64,000 nt of DNA from Eledone cirrhosa (Eukaryota): NCBI GenBank assembly GCA_964016885.1, contig OZ024742.1, positions 261,578,001-261,642,000 of the forward strand, given 5' to 3'. The position numbers were made by a program, and so were the translations under genes. The notes under the pieces were generated by a model. The model was given only the letters and a program-made list of their open reading frames with translations, was not told where the DNA came from and ran no database searches. Of this stretch, positions 53,675 through 64,000 are shown piece by piece. Within the stretch, counting starts at the first letter, position 1. Every line of letters begins with the position of its first letter.

Positions 53675-55647
53675 CTGATAAAACTAACAATCTATACGGA
53701 ATGCAAAGGGACGAATACAATAATCTTATATTGAAGGAACTCAGAAAAAACTACAGAATAACAACTAATGAAGATCTTGCAACGTTAAATAGAGAAGCTT
53801 CCGAAATAATTCATAAATTAGGCATCCAAAATAGGACTGAACCCTTTACACCTAGAAGACCGAAAATTAACCTGAAGGACCACAAAAGAAACTTTGAAAT
53901 AGAACAACTACCAGTCAGACTTATAGCACCATCTAAATCTGACTTAGGCATAATTAGTAAACATATCAAGGGCGGTGCCCCAGCATGGCCTCAGCCGGAT
54001 GGCTGAAACAGGTAAAAGGGTAAAAGAGATATATTAGATAGAATCATACCACAACTTAAAGAAAAATCCCACCTTAAACTATGGAACGGTACTAATGAGG
54101 TTATAGATTGGTTCAAAAACATAAAATTTAAACATAACAAAAAATTCATTCAAATGGATGTTGCAAATTACTACTCCTCTATTACTCCGAGTTTACTTAA
54201 TAGGGCTCTTATTGCATCTAAACATACAGATTTATCTAGTGAAGAAATGCATATCATTTTAACTGCACGGAAAACTTTAATTGAATTCAACAATCACCTC
54301 TGGACAAGAGCCGATAGAAAAAATAATTTTGATATCACCATGGGATCATCCGACTCGGCGCAAATAACGGATCTTGTGGGCTTATTTATTAATAATACAC
54401 TGCATAGAAAAATGCCAGAGATGACCGGTGGTTTATATCGTGATGATATGCTACTCTTAATTGAAAACCATAGTAATTGTGAAATTAATAGGAAAAGAAA
54501 ATCCATAATACAATTCTTCAATAATTATAACCTTAAGTTAGAGAATAACTATAAAATCGTTAACTTTTTAGACGTAACATTAAACCTTAGCACAGGGCTC
54601 TACTATCCATTCCATAAAATAAATGAGAATCTAAATTACGTAAGTTTTAACTCTAATCATTCTAGATCTATTAAGAACACTATCGTCAATGGTGTCCAGC
54701 AACGAATTTCACGCATCTCTGCTAATAAAAATATTTTTGAGGTTAAGGCTGAATATTATAATGAAGCTTTAATTAGAGCAGAGTATACGAATAAAATTAA
54801 ATACATTGACAACAACAATAAGGCAAATCACCCTACTATTAATTATAATAAGAATAAACAATTTAACTTAAACTCTAAAACAAACAAAAGAACTAGAACT
54901 AGAAATATTATTTGGTATTCACCCCCATTCTCATTAAGCGTTAAAACACCGTTAGCAAAGCTATTCTTTAAAGGACTAGACAAATGTTTTCCTAAAATCC
55001 ACAGATACCACTCAATCTTTAACAGATATACTATAAAACTATCCTACTCTACTACTATGAACATAGCACAAAATATAAATAGAATCAATAATAGAAACTT
55101 AAATTTAAACTTAAAATAACCATAATAACAATAATAATATTTCTAGAAATATTTCTAGCAATATTTCTAGCAATATCCAACCTAATAGTACCGTTCCGAG
55201 CAGCAACAACTCCATAAAATGTAACTGTAGAATCAAATCAAATTGCCCTTTACAAAATAAGTGATTAGATAAAAACATAGTTTATAAATGTACAGTTAAA
55301 ACTAGTGATAATATATTCAACTATGTCGGTGCCACTTCTACAGAATTTAAACTTCGCTGGAATAACCACAATCATTCTTTTAGAAGATCTGACAAAAAAT
55401 CTTCTACTACCCTCTCACATCTTATATGGAACTTAAAAAGCAAAAATATAGACTATTCATTATATTGGAAAACGATTTCAAAGCACCTGCTTACCGAAAC
55501 ACGGCTTTATCAAGATTCTGTAAATTATGTATTGAAGAAATTTTTTATATAATTAATTGTAAAAACTCTATTAACCTCAAAACAGAAATATTTAATTCTT
55601 GCATACATTGCCAAAATTCTACATTCAGAACTATATGTAACTTATAA
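53675..55647 (+). pseudogene. PLE RT-GIY-YIG polyprotein, frameshifted, with a short SINE-tail insert at about 53969-54030
   Basis: LKDHK.NF, P.RLIAPSKSDLG.ISK, DVANYYSSI, FDITMGS.D.A...DLVGL, GLYRDD, RNIIWY.PPFS, CNCR...CPL, IVYKC...YVG. Confidence 0.9.
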
Positions 55648-56973
55648 TATACTTATAATATTCCTATTAATCTCCAAAATGATCCTCTCTGCTCTAACAT
55701 TTTATATTTTTTATATTTTAATACTTTTAATATATTAATATCTCTAAATCATAATATCTTTAAAATTTCTTATAATATATATATACGTATGAGTGTATGT
55801 GTATATATATTTATATATATTTTATACTTCTATATAATTTTAATTTTAATTTTAATTTAATTTTTTTAATTCTTTAATTCTTTTTTCTTAATTCTTTATT
55901 TTTCTAATGACACCCTCTAAAGCTAATTTTTAAATGTAGATTAATAACCATTAACTATTTTTAGTAAAATGTATCCTACTCAAGATGATGTTTAAATATT
56001 CATATTTCTTTAGACTAAATAATTAATCCCACACTAGCGATTAATAAAAAAAAATCGGAGTTATCTTTCCTTTTTTCAATCATAAAAACTTTTTATACAT
56101 AATTCCGTTAATTTAATTTAATTTAAACCTTATCAATTAAAACTACCTGTTTATTTACATAAAATCCCTAGTAACTTATATTATGAACAACCACCTATTT
56201 TTATTTATTTATAAATCAACATCCCTCGTAACTCATATTATAAACAAACTGTCCTTTTAATTAAAAATACATATGCTATTATTAAAATATATATAGATAT
56301 TTATATATTATTATAATAAGATAAATAATTCTCCATATAAATATAGATAAATGTCTTAATATATTTCCCCTAAATTAACGTTTAAGTGGTCTTCCTTTTC
56401 CTTCTTCTTACCTTCCTTCTTCTTTAACAATTTTTTGTTTGATAATTTATACAGCTTCGTTAAATTAACAATATTCTGTAAACATTCTCAATGTTGAACA
56501 TTTTTGAATCCACAAATTATTCTAATCTCACAACTTAAAATTTCAATATCCTTCGTAACTCATATTTATTATATAAACAATCAATACATAAGCAAATTAT
56601 TAATATATAGAGAGATATTTATATACATATAACCTATCCTAATGTAATAAGATAAAAATACTTACAACCAGAAGACTTCATATAATTTATATACAATATT
56701 ATAACTCATAATATAGGTAACAAATTTCCCCCCAAATTAACGTTATTCCTCTCTCTTTTTCTTTCTCTTCCTTCCCTATCACAATTATTTAAATTTTCCA
56801 TAGCGTCTAAAATAAGGTCTTTTCAGCCCTTTAATATAAACATCATTTGCATACTCATATTAATAATTTTAAATATCTGACTTTTCTTCTCTCTTCCCTT
56901 CATTTTCCAGGGATAACTTGAACCGTTAAGGTATATTATCCTTGGTCATGTCAAATATCTATAAAACATTTTG

Positions 56974-57035
56974 TATTTTATCTGATGATAGCGTACCAAA
57001 ATTTTTGGTACCCTTGAAATATATATAATAGAATA
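56974..57035 (+). ncRNA. Type I hammerhead ribozyme in pLTR (mirror copy on - strand at about 53483-53544)
   Basis: Helix I TATTTTAT/ATAGAATA; CTGATGA 56982; helix II GTACCAAAA/TTTTGGTAC; GAAA 57016; palindrome TATATA; AUA. Confidence 0.8.
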
Positions 57036-57074
57036 AATATGGTTTTATAAATATAGTTTCCATTTATTTAATAT

Positions 57075-57106
<32 letters not shown>

Positions 57107-57140
57107 TGAAAATGTGTGAAATCCTTCGTACAGTTAGGTA

Positions 57141-57327
57141 TATTTGAAAAAAGGAAAAGAATGACTTCACTTGTAGTTCTAAACAATTTGATTTAATTTT
57201 ATAATATTATAATGTTACAATTTATTTTTGTAGATCTACAAAACTAAATTGTAAAATTATATTATAAAATTAAATCAAATTGTTTACAACTACAAGTGAA
57301 GTCATTCTTTTCCTTTTTTCAAATATA
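57141..57327. repeat. Imperfect ~90 bp-arm palindrome centred on AGATCT
   Basis: ttgaaaaaaggaaaagaatgacttcacttgtagt ... actacaagtgaagtcattcttttccttttttcaa. Confidence 0.85.
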
Positions 57328-57378
57328 TATATATATATATACGTGTGTGTGTGTGTGTGTGTATGTATATATGAATGT

Positions 57379-57500
<122 letters not shown>

Positions 57501-57712
57501 TCTGTATAATGATTTATTAGGCTAGTTGCTGTTAATATAAATTTGTTGGCATCCCTTACAGAGTTGATCCCCTTGAATTAAGGTGTAAGTTGCTTAACTT
57601 TACACTTTCTGTGAGGACAACGTCTTTTATGTTGTATTGTATGTATGTATGTATGTATGTATGTATGTATGTATGTATGTATGTATGTATGTATGTATGT
57701 ATGTATGTATGT

Positions 57713-58293
57713 CAGGTCACCAGTTGGTGCTACTGGTAACATGTATCCCAGTACAACCTGTCTCATGGTCGGGTCGTTGGCGACTAAACTGGCAACCCCA
57801 CCAAGGTTTCTTGGTGAGTAGGGTGACTTTGGACATCCTGCAGGACTAAAAACAAAACCTGTCAAAGGGCAAAGGAGCTCTTAAGAGTCAATGGCCATCC
57901 TTTGTCAAGGCAGAATTCTAGGAGAAGGAAAACTCTGATATAACACCTGCAACCCTGATGGTATCCAATGATGTTGACTTGTTCTTCTTTTTGGTAAATA
58001 TCATCTTGGTTAAGAGAGTGGGACTGGCTTTATGCAGTGCTTTTGCTCACTATAAAAGCTTCACGGCACAGGCATTGCTTTATATCTGGAGATCTCTCTG
58101 CACTTGTCCTCATATGGTACCATGGGCCCAGCACTATGTGTCAATAATTGTCACAAGTGTAGTGTTTGTACCAGAGTTTTCAAGTCGCTGGCTGGACTAA
58201 AAAGTCACACTCGTTCAGTGCATCGGTAGGGGTTCTCCTACATGGATATAAAGTAGTGGCCGTACTCGAAAACGAGTTGGCAGCCACCACCAT
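57713..58293 (+). mobile_element. RTE-derived element, subfamily A, copy 3 (~30-bp internal deletion at about 57900)
   Basis: Aligns with 605-1210; (TATG)n on both sides. Confidence 0.9.
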
Positions 58294-58341
58294 GTATGTA
58301 TGTATGTATGTATGTATGTATGTATGTATGTATGTATGTAT

Positions 58342-58924
58342 GTGGGGTTGCCGGTTTAGTCGCCGACGACCCGACTATGCGACAGGTTGTACTGGGTTAC
58401 ATGTTACCAGTAGCACTCAAGAGTGACCCGGCAACCCCACCAAGTTTACTTGGTAAGGAGGGTGATTTTGGACACCCTGCAGGACAAAAACCAAAACCTG
58501 ACAAAGGGCGGAAGAACTCATAAGGGTCAACGGCCATCCAAAAGTGTGTAAATATGTATATACACATGTACATATGTATATGTGTATATACATGAGTGCA
58601 TGTGTATGTATATGCGCGGGGACATAGAAACAGTCGGGCTGGACACCCGATCGCGCGGTTAAACCACTGGGAGTGAAGGACCCCTAGCCTTTGTCAGGGT
58701 ATTCTTCTAGGAGAAGGCAACTCAGGAAACTGGGATAACTCAGATATAAAACCTGCGGGTTATAGCTACTGTCGCTCAGAGAGTGGGATTGGCTCAGTGT
58801 ACAGTCTTTCCTCACTTTAAAATCATCTTCACGCACAGGCATTGCACAATAGAATTAATTAATTATTATTAATAATGGTATATCGTGCAATGGCCATACT
58901 CGATAACGAGGGGGCAGCCATCAT
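58342..58924 (+). mobile_element. RTE-derived element, subfamily B, with an inverted 5' ~87 bp
   Basis: 58342-58428 is the reverse complement of the family 5' end; the remainder is sense. Confidence 0.85.
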
Positions 58925-58993
58925 GTATGTATGTATGTATGTATGTATGCATGCATGCATGCATGTATGTATGTATGTATGTATGTATGTATG

Positions 58994-61900
58994 TTTTCTC
59001 TTTCTCTTAATTTCGAGTATATTTTTTTGACCGGCCACCTTCCTGGTGGCAAGGTTGTAAAAGAAAAGAAATTGTCATCCCTTGAATCGCAAGAATGTTT
59101 TGCAAATTTTGAATGTGCCAGCTATCGCAGCCATTTGTAGACTATGAATTAGGGAGCTGCGCTTTTTGTCCGCAAATCCAAGTTCAGTCATACTTTGGTC
59201 CAAGCGGGTTGGTATATAACCCGTACCAATAATGATGGGTATGAAGCTAAAGGTGTATCTTGGATACTGGATTTGTAAACTCCTCATCAATGGTCCGTAG
59301 ATGTCCTCCTCCTGTATTTTTCTGACAACGTTTACATCATGTGGGCAGCTGATCTCCACAACAGAACACGTTTTCAATGTGTGATCCCAAACTACAATAT
59401 CAGGCCAGTTGTGCTTTAATTTGGTGGCAGTTTTTATTTTCAGGTTCCACCAGTATTCCTTAGTGCCATCTGTCTCAATATATTCTTCCTCGTTTGTTGT
59501 TAATTTTGTTTTCCGAAGTGCGTTCCAGATGGTTCTAGCTATCCCATCGTGTCTCATGGGGAGGTAGTAGCGAGATGACATTCTTTTGCAGCTGGCAACA
59601 ATGTGGCTTACATCCTCGATCTTTGTTTTACATAGCCTACATTTATTGTCAGCTGCTGGCCCTCCTCTTTTGTGCAGCAGATATTTGGTAGGGAGTTCTT
59701 GTTCCTGTATTGCATAGAGATATCCCTCAAGGTGTGATGTCATAAACTTGTCGGAACTCCATGCCAGGGTTTTTTAGTGGTTTATCCCCTCTATGGTCTG
59801 TGTTTTACGCCTCAAGTATCCATGCACAACTTTTTCTGTAAATTGGTCAATTTTTTTATCTTGTTTGAACATTGAATAGGATCTTCCGATTTTTCTGGGT
59901 GAGAGATTTATATCAGGCTTTATTCCATATCTCTCCTCCAGATCAGTCGCTATTCTAATGATATTTCTTTTTTCATGCTCATAAACCTGGACAAGATGGT
60001 TGCCAACCTTTTTCCTCTGTTGAAGGTGTTGCTTCAGTGTTACTATCCGGGTCTCATATGTTGTTAATATTGATTTTAGACGCCGGCCACCTTCCTTGTG
60101 TGAGAAGTATAGCCTATCCACATCACCATTGATGTTAAAGTTCCCAGTAACACTAAGAAGTTTGCGAGTTCTAACATCCATCTCACTTAGTTCTTGCAAT
60201 GACCAGTTCAATAGGCCAAATGTTGGCGCTAGAATTGGCACAGCATAAGTATTGTGGGCAATGTATTTGTTGTATGCTGACAGTTCTGATGACCATATTT
60301 TCTTTACTCTTCTGAGGTATTCAGTTCTGGTTCTCTCCTTATTTATGGGTCCATCATATCTGACATTCTCATCCTGTCCAAGCTATCTGTAGTTGTCACC
60401 TGACTGCAGAGGTTGTATTGTCAGGCCGTTCATCTCTAGATTTCTAGAGGAGGGCACAGCTCTTCCACGTTTTACTGCCAAATATGCACACTTGGACTCA
60501 CCAAATTTCATTTTGATGTCGGTTGAAAATTGTGTAATGAGGTCCAATTGTTTCTTGATGTCATTGATATTTGGCCCATACAACTTCAGGTCATCAACAA
60601 AGAAAAGATAGGAGATACTTCTGGGCCCACTTCTTTGTCCACCTTGTTTCCTGAGTAGGTAAGATAGTGGATTCAGTGAGAGAACGAAGAGTAGCACTGA
60701 CAAGCTATCACCCTGAAAGATGCCCTTCTGGTAATGTATCTTATCAGTCTTAAATTGCTCCTTCTTACCTCTAAGGATCAAATTGGTGTACCAGTTCTTG
60801 GTCAGGCGTTCAACAGCAGCTACCAATGGTTGTGGGACTTTAGCTAACTGTAAAGCCTTAATAATCCACCCATGAGGTACACTATCAAATGCTTTTTGAT
60901 AGTCCAGCCACACGACAGTCATGTTTCTACGATTCTTTGTTGTTTTTTCCTGAATCATTTTGTTAGTTAGTAGGTGATCTATGCAACCCCACACCTCCCT
61001 CTTTCCACCAGCTTGCTCAGGTGTTATGATGTTGTTGGTAGCACAGTGATCCTGTAAGAACAGGTTAAGGCACCCAGTATATAATTTATACATGATGTTT
61101 TGGCAGGCAATTGGGCGGTAATTTTTAGCAAGGGTGGTTTGGCTATTTTGGGGAATGAGGAAAGTAGTGGCAGTTGATAACCATCTGGGCAGTTCTTGCG
61201 TGCCCTTAATGGTTTCTGTAAACAGCCGTATGAGATCTTGCCGATAGAAAGTGAAATTCTTCAACCAGTATCCTGTAATGAGGTCTGGGCCTGGCGATTT
61301 CCTATTCGACATTTTCTGTAGAGCTGTTTCCAGTATTGACCCATCTATGTCATATTGTTTTGTCTGGACATGTAGGCAGTAGTCCTGTTCCAGTTCTTTT
61401 AGCCAATTAGCTTGTCTGTTGAATCCGTCATCCGTTTCCCATACAGATCTCCAGTAGCTCTCAACCTGTTCTTTTGAAGGGGTGTCGTTTACAGGGATTG
61501 AGCTTTTGCCACCTAAGCTGCGATAAACTGATTTAGGATCTCTGGCAAACAATCTATTTAGCACTTGTCGTTTATGTGCTGTTGACTTATATTTTAGTCT
61601 TTCTGTTGTAGCTGTGAGTTGTTGTTTCAACTGGTGTAATTTGGAGTTCAAAGTTTTAAATTTTGTATCTCCAAATCGTCTCTCTAACTTTTTCTTTGGG
61701 TCTTCCTGGTGTCGTGTGAAGTTGCTCTCTATGTTGCATTTCATAACGACTGCGATGTGTGAAATACTTCGTCTCAGGGACAAAATTTTGGTTTTTAAAT
61801 TTCGCATCCACGCTGGTTCAGGCTTTCTGTTTGTATCTTGATTGCGTGGTTTTAGATGTGTGTTATATGATAGCAATGTGACAGCTGAAACATATAACAA

Positions 61901-63211
61901 AATATTAAGCGTTTCAAATGTCGTTTCTACACCTTTAGATCGTATAGCCTTCAGATAATTGCCAGCTATTTCGTTCACCGCTTCCAATTCCAATTTAGTG
62001 GGTTCTTTACTGACTCTAGTGTTGTATGGTCTGTCACTCACATTAAGGCTGTGTATCTCTTGAAACATATCGTTCCATATCACTTGTAGGGTGCCCACAA
62101 GTTTTTGGTGCTCTGTTTGTTCAGTAGAGTCATGAATTTCAGCCTCGTTGTTGATGTGGTGACAATTACTACTAGAGTCAGCTGACCTTTCTCGCTGTTC
62201 TTCAGTGGAAGTGGGATGGATTTCAGCAAAATTGTTGGTGAGCTGTTCACTGTTAGATTTAGCTGGCCATTCTCTTTGTCTGTCAGTGGAGGTGGGGTGG
62301 TTGTCTACAAGGGCTGTATTTGTAGTATCACTCAATTCCGTTAGATGTATCAATTTACATCTAATGATACGTTTTGCCTGTTCATTTAGATGCTTTGGAG
62401 AAAAGTCTAATTCTGGGTGTTTGGAGTTCCATAAAGTTTTTAGCCTTTGCATAAAACCGAACTTTTGGGGTTCAGATTGTTTGTATGCTTCATATAATAC
62501 TTTGTTAAGCTCGTAGCTCCACTGTGTACAACGGTTGTAGTTGCGATTTGGTCGAAGGAGACTTGTACTTTTTGCCATGATGAGTTCGTCTATTCACTAA
62601 TATTTCGTATTTATTTTTCAAAATAGTCGATGATCTTCTTTAAAAGTTACGACAAAGTTCTGTCAGAATCAAATTTAAAGTTATTCACAGCTTGGGTAAT
62701 ATTTCTTTTCAGTTAGTTTTTAATTCTACAACTGTGTTTTAAACGTTGTCCTTGAATCGTTTGAATCGAGAACAAAAAGAACCGTTACTTAGTATATTCC
62801 TTTATGAATGTAATATAATATAACAACGCTGTATTTATATGTTAAAGTTTATGTATCATTCATATAAATAGGTGTTCTACAACCTATTCACAACATATTC
62901 ACAGTTCAAACACTTATATTTTTGTTTCTGAATCGAAAACGTTACTTGTATATTTCTTTATAAATGTAATATAACAACGTTGCATTTATATGTTAAAGTG
63001 TATGTATCGTTCATATATCATAAGTGTATGTATCGTTCATATAAATAGGTGTTTTACAACACACTTACAGTTCAAACACTTATGTAGAATTATTGTATGT
63101 AATCTTACCGCGTAATGTAGCTCAACTTTTTCCAATATATGGTATGTTGCCTTCATGTAAGCCGTAATTACACACGTCCGACTATCGGACACTGACCACA
63201 ACGGTCGCCAT
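58994..63211 (-). mobile_element. Near-intact full-length R4/Dong-like non-LTR retrotransposon
   Basis: Single reading frame 62578-59075 broken by two in-frame stops; flanked by (TATG)n on both sides. Confidence 0.92.
59075..62578 (-). pseudogene. R4/Dong RT plus CCHC plus restriction-like endonuclease
   Basis: KSPGPDLI, NYRPIAC, WLDYQKAFDSVPH, GIFQGDSLS, LFFVDDLKLY, CRLC..E...HI...C, RHD, PDIVVWD, VVEISCP; stops at 60383-60385 and 59774-59776. Confidence 0.92.
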
Positions 63212-63250
63212 TTATGTATGTATGTATGTATGTATGTATGTATGTATGTT

Positions 63251-63775
63251 AGGTCGCTCTCGAGTGCTGTTGGTAACATGTAACCCAGTACAACCTGTCT
63301 CATGGACGGGTCGTCGGCGACTAAACTGGCAACCCCACCAAGCTTGCTTAGTGAGGAGGGTGATATTTGGACACCCTGTGGGATGAAATACAAGACCCGG
63401 CGAAGGGCGGAAGAACTCAGCAGAGTCAACGGCCATCCAAATAGTACTTCTTTTTTTTTTCACCTGGAAGTGAAATGCCTCCAGTTGTTGTCACAACACC
63501 TTCCTAAGAGAAGGAAACTCTGAAAAAAAACCTGCGGCTTCGGAAGCATCCGATGATGTTGACCAGTTCTCCTTTTCGAGTAATGTTTTTGATGCTCAGA
63601 GAGTGGGATTGGTCGAGTACAAGGCCTTTTCCCACTTAAAAAACCTTCAAAGCACACGCTTTGCTTGTTTAGGTTATGTTACAGGTTCGTGTGGCTGGCC
63701 GTAGCCTAAAAGTGCACCATTTTCTGTAATCTGACAAGCGATTGCAATACTCTTAGCAGAGTTTGTAGCCATCAT
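63251..63775 (+). mobile_element. RTE-derived element, diverged subfamily C
   Basis: Same 5' leader, GAGAAGGAAACTCTGA motif and gtagccatcat end; (TATG)n flanks. Confidence 0.8.
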
Positions 63776-63791
63776 GTATGTATGCATGTAT

Positions 63792-64000
63792 ATTCTTCTG
63801 GTTTTATTATTTTATAAATGTTCACCAATAGAGAGAGAGAGTCGATTTCTAACATAAAAACCAGACTCTTCCATTGGAATTTAGACATCAACTGGGTGAA
63901 CACGTATATATGTTTGGATTTGTTTGCGTGTGTGCAGGCATGGGTGCTATTGCGTGTGTGGATCTGTGTATTTTGTGTTATATGTGTACACGTGCATATG
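63792..64000 (-). mobile_element. 3' UTR of another R4/Dong-like copy (continues beyond the window)
   Basis: Matches 25003-25200. Confidence 0.75.

Larger units (their letters stand above)
53439..57079 (+). mobile_element. Naiad-type Penelope-like element with 234-bp inverted pLTRs
   Basis: 53439-53672 is the reverse complement of 56846-57079; RT and GIY-YIG lie between; each pLTR has a hammerhead. Confidence 0.92.

Noticed and set aside
55650-56980. SECIS element in the Naiad 3' UTR
   Set aside because: ATGA...AA...GA candidates (about 55907 and 55985) have wrong spacing or lack the 3' GA; needs a computational search.

Overview
Eukaryotic, AT-rich, microsatellite-saturated DNA with no recognisable host exon. 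The repeat content suggests a mollusc, probably a cephalopod such as octopus; this is inference. Nearly all non-microsatellite sequence is transposable-element derived: RTE LINEs and a family of ~550-600 bp non-coding RTE derivatives, an L1/Tx1 LINE, R4/Dong-like RLE LINEs, several Penelope-like elements (PLEs, Naiad- and Neptune-like), tRNA-SINEs, and Helitron, hAT, piggyBac, pogo and mariner remnants. The most striking hidden layer is about 17 type I hammerhead ribozyme motifs on both strands. Each has a different palindromic helix III, and many have unusually long helix II inserts. Several lie in ORF-less fold-back elements, often next to (TA)n, that carry a ribozyme on each strand. Other notable observations are a (TATG)n insertion hub shared in opposite orientation by R4/Dong LINEs and RTE-derived elements, twin-priming-like inversions in RTE-class inserts, and an in-frame TGA at a conserved Cys of a Naiad PLE. 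Coordinates were read by eye, and element boundaries are approximate.
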